Shown here one piece after another: positions 39,505 through 48,586 of a DNA stretch of 64,000 nt (positions are counted from its first letter, which is position 1; each line of letters starts with the position of its first letter). The notes below the pieces were generated by a model. The model was not told the DNA's origin. It was given only the letters and a program-made list of their open reading frames with translations, and made no database searches. The position numbers and the translations under genes are program-made. The DNA comes from an uncultured archaeon (GTDB lineage Archaea; Iainarchaeota; Iainarchaeia; Iainarchaeales; CSSED10-239): the NCBI GenBank assembly GCA_964496765.1, contig CAZCAP010000002.1:33694-97693 (forward strand). The letters are read 5' to 3'.

Positions 39505-39789
39505 ATGGATAAACCAACAGGGGTTGGGAAAAAAATTACTTTTGCTGGAATTAATGCCACAGGAAATGCAAAAAGTGTTTTAAATAATGTCGAAAACACT
39601 ATAGTTATAACTAGTAGTGATTCTGAACCATTACAAGACCCTGGTACTGATGCGGCTGGGTTCGGGTTTTGCTGTAGTGGTGCAACTGCTGGCGGTGGAT
39701 GGCTAGAATGTTCCGCTGTAAATTGTGTTCCTGATTGTGTTAATATTTGTGCGGGATGGGTAAGTACAAAGACTTATAACCCACAATAA
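39505..39789 (+). CDS. Small cysteine-rich ORF (94 aa from ATG 39505) in a locally GC-rich patch. It has an uncharacterised leader followed by a Cys/Gly-rich C-terminal region.
   Basis: MDKPTGVGKKITFAGINATGNAKSVLNNVENTIVITSSDSEPLQDPGTDAAGFGFCCSGATAGGGWLECSAVNCVPDCVNICAGWVSTKTYNPQ. Seven Cys fall in the last 45 aa. No signal peptide. The ORF track extends it upstream to 39337, overlapping the KaiC-like gene end. Confidence 0.25.
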   Translation: MDKPTGVGKKITFAGINATGNAKSVLNNVENTIVITSSDSEPLQDPGTDAAGFGFCCSGATAGGGWLECSAVNCVPDCVNICAGWVSTKTYNPQ

Positions 39790-39798
39790 ATAATTAGT

Positions 39799-42000
39799 TT
39801 AAGCAATTCCCTTATCTTCTTGGGTTTTGCTTTTCTTATTATTTCCTTTTTTTTCTTTTTCTATTTCCATAATCTTATCAATCGCACTATTGAAATCTTC
39901 TTTTGTTATTCTTATCTCTGATTTATCTTTTTTGTGTTCTTCAATAATAGCTCTTCTTATTGCCATCATTCCTGCTTCTCTTGCAATTGCTTCAATATCA
40001 GCACCACTAGTTCCTTCTGTTTTTTTTGCAAGCTCTTTAGGTGTTATCTTATTATCTATTTTCATGGTCTTTAAATAAACTTCAAATATTTTTTCCCTTG
40101 ATTGAATATTAGGAAGAGGAACATACATTTTAATATCAAATCTTCCTGGTCTTAGGAATGCCTGATCAATTATATCAGCTCTGTTCGTTGCACCAATAAT
40201 AACAATATCTTTGAGATTAGATATTCCATCCATTTCTGTTAATATTTGAGCAACCACGTTATTCTGAACACCACTTGACATGTCATTGCTTGTTCTTGTG
40301 CTTGTTATTGCATCAATCTCATCAAAAAAGATGATTGATGGAGCAAGTTGTCTTGCTTTCTTAAACAATTCTCTTATTTTCTTTTCAGATTCTCCAACCC
40401 ATTTATTAAAGATCTCTGGACCCTTAACAGAAATAAAGTTCGCATTTGATTCTGTTGCAACTGCTTTTGCTAGAAGTGTTTTTCCTGTTCCTGGAGGTCC
40501 ATAAAGAAGAATTCCTTTTGGAGCATCAATTCCAATATCTTTAAATAAATCTTTGTGCTTTAGTGGCCATTCAATCATTTCCTTTAATTGTTGCTTTTGT
40601 TCTTCTAGTCCACCTATGTCATTCCAAGAAACATTAGGTATTTGAACAATCACTTCTCTAATTGCACTTGGTTCAACAACATTTAATGCATCTAAAAAAT
40701 CAGTGTGTGTTATAACAAGCTCATCAAGAAGTTCTCTTGATAGGTGTTTGCTTGACTCTTTACTTATTTTTGGCATTAATCTTTTAATTGCTTTTAGTGC
40801 AGCTTCCTTACAAAGCGCATTAAGGTCAGCACCAGAAAAGCCATTAGTTAATTCAACAATTTCATTTAGGTTTACGTTTACAAGTGGCATACCTCTAATG
40901 TGTACTTGTAATATTTCTGTTCTCCCGATCCTATCAGGTATACTTATTTCAAGTTCCCTATCAAACCTTCCAGGTCTTCTTAGAGCGGGATCAACTGCTT
41001 CTGGTATGTTTGTTGCTCCAATCACAACCACATCCCCACGATTAGACATTCCATCCATTAGTGTAAGAAGCTGAGCAACAATTCTTTTTTCTGTCTCTCC
41101 ATGTATGTTCTCTCTTCTAGGTGCAATCGCATCAATTTCATCAATAAAAATAATTGCTGGTGCCTTTTCTTCTGCTTCCTTAAATATGTTTCTTAAATTT
41201 TCTTCGGATTTCCCATAAACCCCAGAAACAATTTCTGGTCCATTAATTGTTGTGAAGTAGGCATCAGTTTCTCCTGCAACTGCTTTTGCTAGAAGTGTTT
41301 TTCCTGTTCCTGGTGGGCCATAGAGAAGAACACCTTTAGGTGGGGATATTCCGAGTTTTTTAAATATTTCTGGTCTTTTTATTGGTAGTTCAACCATTTC
41401 TCTAATTGCTTCTATTTCTTTTCTAAGACCACCAATATCATCATAGGTTATGCTTATCTTATGTGCTTGCTCTGGTTCTTCTGAAACAACTAGTTTTGTA
41501 TCATCTGTTATTCTTACTGCTCCTTTAGGAATTGTTTTAGTTACAATTAATTGCAGATCTCTGTATCCATCAGCAGTGAGAATAGGTAATCCTGGTATCT
41601 TAATCATATTATTTTCAATAATATTTTGATTAACTATTTTGTCTTTAATATACCCAATAATGTCTGAACTTAATTTTATTTTTTTATCTTTATCAATAAC
41701 TGGTGCTAGGTTAACTGTGTTTGCTCCTGTACAAATCACTTTTTCAATGTAAACATCCTCATCAATTCCTGCACCTATATTGTATCTAATTAGGCCATCA
41801 ATTCTTATTGTATTTAACCCAGTATCTTCCACATTTCCTTTGATTGCATAAACAATTGCTGATTTTATTCCATCTATCTTTAGAGTATCCCCTGCAGATA
41901 GCTTAAGCTTATCAAAAACAATTGGATCAATTTTAGCTATTCCTTTTCCTACATCTTTAATATCGTTTTCCTTAACAGTAAGAATTATTTTTTCTGGCAT
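39799..42000 (-). CDS. cdc48: AAA+ ATPase Cdc48/VCP (two AAA domains)
   Basis: 733 aa. A double Walker A is present ([15 protein letters not shown] twice). The second-region homology DEIDA and the N-terminal double-psi barrel domain are present. Confidence 0.9.
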   Translation of the reverse strand: MPEKIILTVKENDIKDVGKGIAKIDPIVFDKLKLSAGDTLKIDGIKSAIVYAIKGNVEDTGLNTIRIDGLIRYNIGAGIDEDVYIEKVICTGANTVNLAPVIDKDKKIKLSSDIIGYIKDKIVNQNIIENNMIKIPGLPILTADGYRDLQLIVTKTIPKGAVRITDDTKLVVSEEPEQAHKISITYDDIGGLRKEIEAIREMVELPIKRPEIFKKLGISPPKGVLLYGPPGTGKTLLAKAVAGETDAYFTTINGPEIVSGVYGKSEENLRNIFKEAEEKAPAIIFIDEIDAIAPRRENIHGETEKRIVAQLLTLMDGMSNRGDVVVIGATNIPEAVDPALRRPGRFDRELEISIPDRIGRTEILQVHIRGMPLVNVNLNEIVELTNGFSGADLNALCKEAALKAIKRLMPKISKESSKHLSRELLDELVITHTDFLDALNVVEPSAIREVIVQIPNVSWNDIGGLEEQKQQLKEMIEWPLKHKDLFKDIGIDAPKGILLYGPPGTGKTLLAKAVATESNANFISVKGPEIFNKWVGESEKKIRELFKKARQLAPSIIFFDEIDAITSTRTSNDMSSGVQNNVVAQILTEMDGISNLKDIVIIGATNRADIIDQAFLRPGRFDIKMYVPLPNIQSREKIFEVYLKTMKIDNKITPKELAKKTEGTSGADIEAIAREAGMMAIRRAIIEEHKKDKSEIRITKEDFNSAIDKIMEIEKEKKGNNKKSKTQEDKGIA

Positions 42001-42036
42001 AATTGGTTTCTCTTTTTTTAAATTTCTATATTTTTA

Positions 42037-42056
42037 GTGTCCAACAAATATAACAA
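42037..42056 (-). repeat. Copy C of the dispersed 20-mer (exact TTGTTATATTTGTTGGACAC on the minus strand), about 40 nt upstream of the cdc48 ATG and about 125 nt downstream of the topA stop
   Basis: Direct sequence match to 30191..30210 in reverse orientation. Confidence 0.6.
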
Positions 42057-42186
42057 AAAACACTTTATTATATTTTTGTTATCCTAATAGGATAAGGAGG
42101 CACAGGATTAAAAGGTTTTTGGAAAAAGCTTATAAAATTTTCATAAAATATAACTAGTTTATTACTAAAAGTGAGTATTTGTATAG

Positions 42187-44400
42187 TTAACTGCTTTTTT
42201 CTTCTGTGGATTTTTTAATCTTATTTTTCTTTGCGACTGGTGCTTTGGGTTTAATTACTTTTATAAGTTTTTCTTTTTTAATTTCTTCTTTTTTCTTAAT
42301 CTTTTCGTCCTTTTCTTGTGCTTTCTTTTCTTTTGCGGCTACCTTTTCTTCTCTAGCTGCTTTTCTTTCTTCTATTTCTTTTCTCATTTCTTCTTTTGTT
42401 ACACAGTTTGGGTTCAAGCACATCTCAAAATTAAGCCCTCTCTTTCCAGTCATCTTTATCATTGGTGCTTTACACTCTGGGCAAGCTCTATCCAATGGAG
42501 CTGCCTTTTTATTCTGAGGAAGTGGATAGGTTGTTCTACACTTAGGAAATCCAGAACATCCAACAAATTGCTTTCCACTAGATCCACCATATCTAATAAC
42601 TAGATCCTTACCACAGTTAGGGCATTTACCAAGATATGAAGATGTGTGTATTCCACCCTTAAGTTCTTTAGCAATATCTTCTTTTTCTTTTAAAAGAATA
42701 TCAACAATTGTTTTTATGATATCTCTAGTCTTGTTTACAACATCATCTTTTTTTTTCTTACCTGCAGCAACTTCATCCATCTCTATTTCTGTGTTTGCAG
42801 TAAGAGCAGGATTAGTTATCTTTTCACAATATTTATTAAGAACAGAACAAACAGCAATTGCAATATCTGTTGGAGATATACTTTTTGCTCCTTCAATATA
42901 ATTTCTATCTTTAAGTTTTTGAATAATTGCTGGTCTAGTTGATTTTGTTCCTAAATTCTGTTCTTCCATTAATTTAATTAATCCACCTTCACTGTATTGT
43001 GCAGGAGGGGTTGTTTCTTTTTTATCAAGATTCATTTCATCTATGTTAACCTCATCTCCTTTTGCAAGATTAGGAAGGATGACTTCATTTAATTTAGAAT
43101 AATAATATATTTTTTTCCAACCAGCTTCAATAATTCTTTGACCAGAAACAGAAAAAGGTTCCTTCACAGCATCAATTACTGCTGATACATTTTCAGTAAC
43201 TGCTTCCTTTGAAAGTGTTGCTAAGAATCTTCTAACAATTAATTCATATATTCTTTGTGAATTTCCAGTTAACCTATCTGAATATCCAACTGGGTGTATT
43301 GGTGGATGATCTGTTGTTTCCTTATCCCCCCTTGATGGATGTAGAGGTTTTTTAATAATCTCATCAATATATTCTTTATATGTTCTATTTGTGGATAGGT
43401 TTTTCAATATTTCTTTTAAATCTAGGCTCGGAGGATAAACTGTGTTATCTGTTCTTGGGTAACTAATTAATCCTTCTTGATATAGGTTTTCTGCAAGAGA
43501 AGAAGCTTGGCTAGTTCCAATTCCTAGAGAGCTTGCTGCTCTAAGAAAGCTAGTTGTATTGAAAGGTGCGGGTTTAGGAATTCTCTTTTCCTGTTTATCA
43601 ACAGACTTTACAATTCCTGTTTTTGCATTTTTAATTATTTCATAAATTTTATTTGCAAGATTAAGATCAAACATTTTTCCATTTTTATGTATTCCTTCAA
43701 ACTTAATCCTGTGTTTTTCAAATATTATTCTAATCACATGATACTTTTCAGGAACGAATTTTCGTCTTTCTAGTTCTCTTTCAACAATGAGATTTAAAAG
43801 TGGGGTCTGTACTCTTCCAGCAGATAAAAACATCTTACCCTTTCTATTTCCAACAACAGAAAGATATCTAGTTAATATTGCTCCCCATAGCAAATCAATC
43901 TCTTGTCTTGTAAACACAGAATATGCAAAATTAAAATCAAATTGTCTTAGGTTTGAGAATGCATCTCCGACTTCCTTATCTGTTAATGCACTAAAATATG
44001 CTCTTGAAAGCTTTGCGTTCTTGTTTTTCTTAAGTAAATAGTTATAGGCCTCTAGTCCAATGGCTTCTCCTTCCCTATCTGCATCTGTTGCAATAATAAT
44101 TTCATCAAGGTCTTTTCTTTCCTTTTCTAATTCTGAAATTATTTTTTTCTCATACCCAATATATGCGAATTTCTTATCCGCAAGTGCTTTGAGGGTATAT
44201 ATATTCCAATATCTGTCCTCATCAATGAAATCAACTGTATTTATGTGACCTCTGAGAGGAATAAGTAGATACTCTTTCCCAGTTGATCCCCATTTAAAGC
44301 AGGGAAACCCTTTTTCTTGGTTTGTTTCGAAATTATTTTTTGAAAGTATTGCTGCAATTCTTTTTCCTGCAATTGGTTTTTCAGAAATAATTATTTTCAT
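42187..44400 (-). CDS. topA: DNA topoisomerase I (type IA) with C-terminal zinc ribbons and a K/E-rich basic tail
   Basis: 737 aa with an N-terminal TOPRIM domain (DADREGE), the type IA core and the active-site Tyr region. The C-terminal CPNCGKD...CSGFPKC and CPECKAPM Zn fingers are followed by a lysine-rich tail. Confidence 0.85.
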   Translation of the reverse strand: MKIIISEKPIAGKRIAAILSKNNFETNQEKGFPCFKWGSTGKEYLLIPLRGHINTVDFIDEDRYWNIYTLKALADKKFAYIGYEKKIISELEKERKDLDEIIIATDADREGEAIGLEAYNYLLKKNKNAKLSRAYFSALTDKEVGDAFSNLRQFDFNFAYSVFTRQEIDLLWGAILTRYLSVVGNRKGKMFLSAGRVQTPLLNLIVERELERRKFVPEKYHVIRIIFEKHRIKFEGIHKNGKMFDLNLANKIYEIIKNAKTGIVKSVDKQEKRIPKPAPFNTTSFLRAASSLGIGTSQASSLAENLYQEGLISYPRTDNTVYPPSLDLKEILKNLSTNRTYKEYIDEIIKKPLHPSRGDKETTDHPPIHPVGYSDRLTGNSQRIYELIVRRFLATLSKEAVTENVSAVIDAVKEPFSVSGQRIIEAGWKKIYYYSKLNEVILPNLAKGDEVNIDEMNLDKKETTPPAQYSEGGLIKLMEEQNLGTKSTRPAIIQKLKDRNYIEGAKSISPTDIAIAVCSVLNKYCEKITNPALTANTEIEMDEVAAGKKKKDDVVNKTRDIIKTIVDILLKEKEDIAKELKGGIHTSSYLGKCPNCGKDLVIRYGGSSGKQFVGCSGFPKCRTTYPLPQNKKAAPLDRACPECKAPMIKMTGKRGLNFEMCLNPNCVTKEEMRKEIEERKAAREEKVAAKEKKAQEKDEKIKKKEEIKKEKLIKVIKPKAPVAKKNKIKKSTEEKSS

Positions 44401-44450
44401 TTTAATGTATCCATATATTTTGTTTATAACCCACTAGAAAAAGAAATAAA

Positions 44451-44921
44451 TTAGAAGGTTGTTTGTAAAATCTTACTTGGTAAGTTTTTGCTTGCCTTGT
44501 ATTCTTTAATGTAGGTAAGTGTATTTACATTTGTGATTCCATCTATTGAATAAACATTATCCAATATTTTTTTAAGATTGTTTTTGTCGGTTGCAATTAC
44601 CTCTGCAACAAAATTGTATTGCCCAGTAACCCCCTTGAGTGCAATTACGTCTTCCATGTCCTTTAGTTTTTTAATAATCTCGTTTTGCTTTGGAGGATCA
44701 ATCATTATCAGCATTTCTATGTGTTCAGAAAATCCAATAATTGTGTAATCCACTTCTGCAAATATGGATTTAATAATTCCCTTTTGCTTTAGTCTTTCAA
44801 GGCGCTTCTTAATTGCAACATCTGTTAAATTTATTTCCTTAGCAATATTTGCAAAAGAAATTCTCCCATCTACTATTAATTTTTCAATAATGTGTTTATC
44901 TATTTTATCTATCACTTGCAT
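44451..44921 (-). CDS. Lrp/AsnC-family transcriptional regulator
   Basis: 156 aa. An N-terminal HTH (DKHIIEKLIVDGRISFANIAKEINLTDVAIKKRLERL) is followed by a C-terminal RAM/ACT-like domain. Confidence 0.8.
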   Translation of the reverse strand: MQVIDKIDKHIIEKLIVDGRISFANIAKEINLTDVAIKKRLERLKQKGIIKSIFAEVDYTIIGFSEHIEMLIMIDPPKQNEIIKKLKDMEDVIALKGVTGQYNFVAEVIATDKNNLKKILDNVYSIDGITNVNTLTYIKEYKASKNLPSKILQTTF

Positions 44922-44941
44922 AATAACACCCTCTAGTTTAA

Positions 44942-45658
44942 TTATAATTGACTTCTTGGTTTTAATAATCTGTATTTGTTTAGATATACTTCTGTTTTAA
45001 GTATTTCAATATATGGAATTATAAATATCACAAATACAAATATTGAAATAATTGGACCCACAATACTTCCAAATGCAATATCAATAATATATGTTATGAA
45101 CATTAAAAGAAATGCAGCAACAAACAAACTAATCATAAAGAACCAATTTCTTTTCCAATATTTTGTACTAATTATTATAGATGCGCCTATAGATTCCTTT
45201 TCCATAATAATAACCTGTGGAACAAACCAAAGCATTAGTGTTATTATTAATAAAACTAATGATATGATAATATTATTCAATAGAAATAAATTGTATAGCA
45301 CTACAGATATTCCGTACATTAATAAAAAGAAAACCCAATTGAATTTAGTTAACTTAATGAAATGTGATTTAATATCCCTTGCCTGAACCCTATCACTAAT
45401 CTTATAGTCTGATCCAATTCTATAAATTAAAACAGTTTGTATAAGACTGTACACAAAAATTATTACAAGACAGGATATTATTGTTAATATGATGTCTCCT
45501 GGAACCTGATCAAGAATATTATATGAAATATTAAGATTACCACCAAACACACTAAATATTGGATTTATTAAAAATAATAAAAACAAAAATAGTACGCTTA
45601 ATGAAAGAATTATTTTATAATTTTCAAAATATTTTCTAAAAGTAATTCCAATATCCAT
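44942..45658 (-). CDS. Polytopic membrane protein, hypothetical
   Basis: 238 aa with about 6 hydrophobic helices. Confidence 0.45.
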   Translation of the reverse strand: MDIGITFRKYFENYKIILSLSVLFLFLLFLINPIFSVFGGNLNISYNILDQVPGDIILTIISCLVIIFVYSLIQTVLIYRIGSDYKISDRVQARDIKSHFIKLTKFNWVFFLLMYGISVVLYNLFLLNNIIISLVLLIITLMLWFVPQVIIMEKESIGASIIISTKYWKRNWFFMISLFVAAFLLMFITYIIDIAFGSIVGPIISIFVFVIFIIPYIEILKTEVYLNKYRLLKPRSQL

Positions 45659-45802
45659 ACCTGACCATCTTCTTTCTATGTTTTATTCAATATATAATAT
45701 AATTTGTTTTCTATATAATTAGTCTATCAAATAATTTATATACTTAACATTTTTAGGGGATATTCTTTAGTTTTCATCCCAAGGGTGTTTTTTATTGCTT
45801 TT

Positions 45803-47023
45803 TTACCCAAGAAGATAGTATTCTTTAGACCCATTTATCTTGATTTTTGCTATGTTTCCTAGCTTAATTTTTCCATTTTTATTTGATTTTATAACAACAG
45901 GCAGATATTCCTCTGTTTTTCCAAGAAATTCGTTTTTGTTTGTGGCTTGTTCGTTGACTAGAACCTGTTTGGTTTGTCCAACAAATATAACAGAATTGTT
46001 CCTTGCAATCTCTTTTGCAACCTTCGCAAGAATTCTAGATCTCTCCTTCTTAATTTGTCCGTGGAGATCCTTTAGGTTATTTGCTTCTATTCCTTTTCTT
46101 TTTCCAAATCTTGAAATATTAATTAATGGGGGTTTAATTTTTTTAATAAATTTTATTGTGTTTTCAAACTCTTTTTCTGTTTCTTCTGGAAAACCAACAA
46201 TCACATCTGTTGCAATTGTTATTGTTGGGTGAACTTTTCTAAAATAATTAATAATGGTTTCAATTTCCTGCGTTTTATAATATCTATTCATTTTTTTTAG
46301 TGTGTTATTATCTCCTGCTTGAATAGGGATGTGTAGGAACTTATAAATTTTTTTGTTTTTATATACTTTAGCAAGTTCTTTATAAAATTTAATTAGATGT
46401 TGTGGGTTTGCCATTCCTAATCTTATTCTAAATTCACCAGGTATTTTAATTATTTCTTTAAGTAGATTTACTATGTTTGTCTTAATATCTAATCCATAGC
46501 AACCAGTGTCCTGGGCAGTAAGTAATATTTCTTTTGATCCGTTTTTTAGTGCAAATTTAGTTTCCTCTAGTATTTCCTTAATTAGTTTACTTTTCAGTCT
46601 TCCTCTTGCAAATTTGACTGCGCAATAAGTGCATGCTCCAAGACAGCCGTTTGCAATAATTATTGCCTGAGTTATTTTTTTCTGAGATTTAATTTTACTT
46701 TTAGAAAAAATTAATTTTTTTAATTTTTTTACATCTTTTAACCCAAAATAGTTTGCTTTTGGGCACGTTCTTCTAAGTCCAGATGAATCAATATCAACAA
46801 GACACCCAAACAATATAATTTTTTTATCTTTCGTTCCATTTTTTTTAAGTTCCTGCAGATATTTAATTATTTTAAACTCTGTTTGTTCTTTAACCCCGCA
46901 GGTGTTTATAAGAATAAAATCCGCAGAATTTATATTTTCTGTTAATATTGTATGATTGGTTAATTCTTCACTAGTTCTTTGATTTAGAGTGCATCCAAAT
47001 GTTTTAACAAATATAGTTTTCAT
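45803..47023 (-). CDS. Radical-SAM methylthiotransferase (MiaB/MtaB/RimO family), probable tRNA t6A37 methylthiotransferase
   Basis: 406 aa. The MTTase N-domain is KTFGCTLNQ. The radical-SAM cluster is CLGACTYCAVKFARG. A C-terminal TRAM-like domain is present. Confidence 0.8.
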   Translation of the reverse strand: MKTIFVKTFGCTLNQRTSEELTNHTILTENINSADFILINTCGVKEQTEFKIIKYLQELKKNGTKDKKIILFGCLVDIDSSGLRRTCPKANYFGLKDVKKLKKLIFSKSKIKSQKKITQAIIIANGCLGACTYCAVKFARGRLKSKLIKEILEETKFALKNGSKEILLTAQDTGCYGLDIKTNIVNLLKEIIKIPGEFRIRLGMANPQHLIKFYKELAKVYKNKKIYKFLHIPIQAGDNNTLKKMNRYYKTQEIETIINYFRKVHPTITIATDVIVGFPEETEKEFENTIKFIKKIKPPLINISRFGKRKGIEANNLKDLHGQIKKERSRILAKVAKEIARNNSVIFVGQTKQVLVNEQATNKNEFLGKTEEYLPVVIKSNKNGKIKLGNIAKIKINGSKEYYLLG

Positions 47024-47070
47024 AAATATACTCCACCAATTGAATAGGTGTACAATAAAATATTATGAAA

Positions 47071-47469
47071 TTATTTTTCAGAAAAAATAATTCCAAATAT
47101 CCCTGCTATAATGAATTCTAAGAATGCTGAATCTAAAAGCATTTTAAAAAATTGTAATTGCATTGGCCAGGTTGGATTTAACAACTTAATCTGCCATGCA
47201 TAAAATAAGACTGCAATATAGAATGCAAATACTCCTGCAATTGCAAAAATTATTGCAATCCAATACTTATTTTTATAATTAGTATATTTTTCTATTATTG
47301 GAGTTAAATAATAAAATCCAATGAATCCAATAAGTGGAAGAAATATGTACATGGGTGTTGTGAAATAATTACTTTTCGTTAATAGATAAATTAAACCCTG
47401 TGAAATCACAAAAGATATAATTAACCACACACTAAACCTAATAACTTTATTTCTTCTTTCTTTCTTCAT
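47071..47469 (-). CDS. Small membrane protein, hypothetical
   Basis: 132 aa, 4 predicted TM helices. Confidence 0.4.
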   Translation of the reverse strand: MKKERRNKVIRFSVWLIISFVISQGLIYLLTKSNYFTTPMYIFLPLIGFIGFYYLTPIIEKYTNYKNKYWIAIIFAIAGVFAFYIAVLFYAWQIKLLNPTWPMQLQFFKMLLDSAFLEFIIAGIFGIIFSEK

Positions 47470-47594
47470 ATTAATTTTCCTAATAAATGTTGATATATAT
47501 AGAACAATAAAAAGTGTTATAAATATATTGGGTTATTATTTTAAGTGTAATATAGATATAATATATTGAAAATAGAACCTAGATTGCGATATTT

Positions 47595-48584
47595 ATGACT
47601 CAAAAGAACGAAAACACCTTTCCCTGGACTGAAAAATACAGACCAAAGAGGTTAGCTGACGTGGTTGGGCAAAAACACATCCTTGAAAGATTAAAAAAGT
47701 ATGTGGAGAAAAGATCAATTCCAAACATGTTGTTTTCTGGACCTCCTGGGGTTGGTAAAACTTGTTGTGCAGTTGCTCTTGCAAGAGAGTTATTTGGACC
47801 CACTTTTAATCAGGATTTTTTAGAACTTAATGCATCCGATGAACGTGGAATTGGTATAGTTAGAGGAGAAATAAAAGAATTCGCAATGACCATCCCTCTC
47901 GGAGCTGATTTTAAAATTATTTTTTTGGATGAGGCTGATGCCCTTACTGTTGATGCTCAGCAGGCACTAAGAAGAACCATGGAAAAGTATACTGGAACCG
48001 TTAGATTTATTTTAAATGCAAACTATGCATCAAAATTAATTTCTCCAATTCAAAGCAGATGTTCTTTATTTAAATTTAAACCTCTATCTAGAGAAGAGGT
48101 TTCTGATAAAATAACTGATGTAGTAAAACACGAAAATATAAAAATAGATGATGATGCAATAAATGCAATTTATGACATTTGTGAAGGAGATATGAGACTT
48201 GCTCTTAATTATCTTCAAAGTTCAGCATCAACAACTGATCACATTAAAAAAGAAACAATATATAGTGTTTCAAATGCAGCACAACCAAAGGACATTTTAA
48301 ATCTTATTGATTCTTGTCTTGCAGGTAATTTTCTTGATGCTAGAAAGCATTTAGAAACATTATTATTTGATCAGGGGCTATCGGGAGAGGACATAATTAG
48401 TCAACTATATAAAAAAATAGTTTCCTATCCTGAAGAAAAATTAAATATAAAACACAAAATACAAATAATAGATAAGATAGCAGAAATTAACTTTAGGCTA
48501 GTGGAGGGTGCAAACGATAGAATACAATTGGAAGCACTTCTAGCACAAATAATATTAATAAACCACATAAATAAGGGTGAATAA
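47595..48584 (+). CDS. rfcS: Replication factor C small subunit
   Basis: 329 aa. The RFC box II/III reads WTEKYRPKRLADVVGQ. The Walker A is GPPGVGKTCCAVALA. The SRC motif and Walker B are both covered by DEADAL...QSRCSLFKF. Confidence 0.9.
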   Translation: MTQKNENTFPWTEKYRPKRLADVVGQKHILERLKKYVEKRSIPNMLFSGPPGVGKTCCAVALARELFGPTFNQDFLELNASDERGIGIVRGEIKEFAMTIPLGADFKIIFLDEADALTVDAQQALRRTMEKYTGTVRFILNANYASKLISPIQSRCSLFKFKPLSREEVSDKITDVVKHENIKIDDDAINAIYDICEGDMRLALNYLQSSASTTDHIKKETIYSVSNAAQPKDILNLIDSCLAGNFLDARKHLETLLFDQGLSGEDIISQLYKKIVSYPEEKLNIKHKIQIIDKIAEINFRLVEGANDRIQLEALLAQIILINHINKGE

Positions 48585-48586
48585 AT

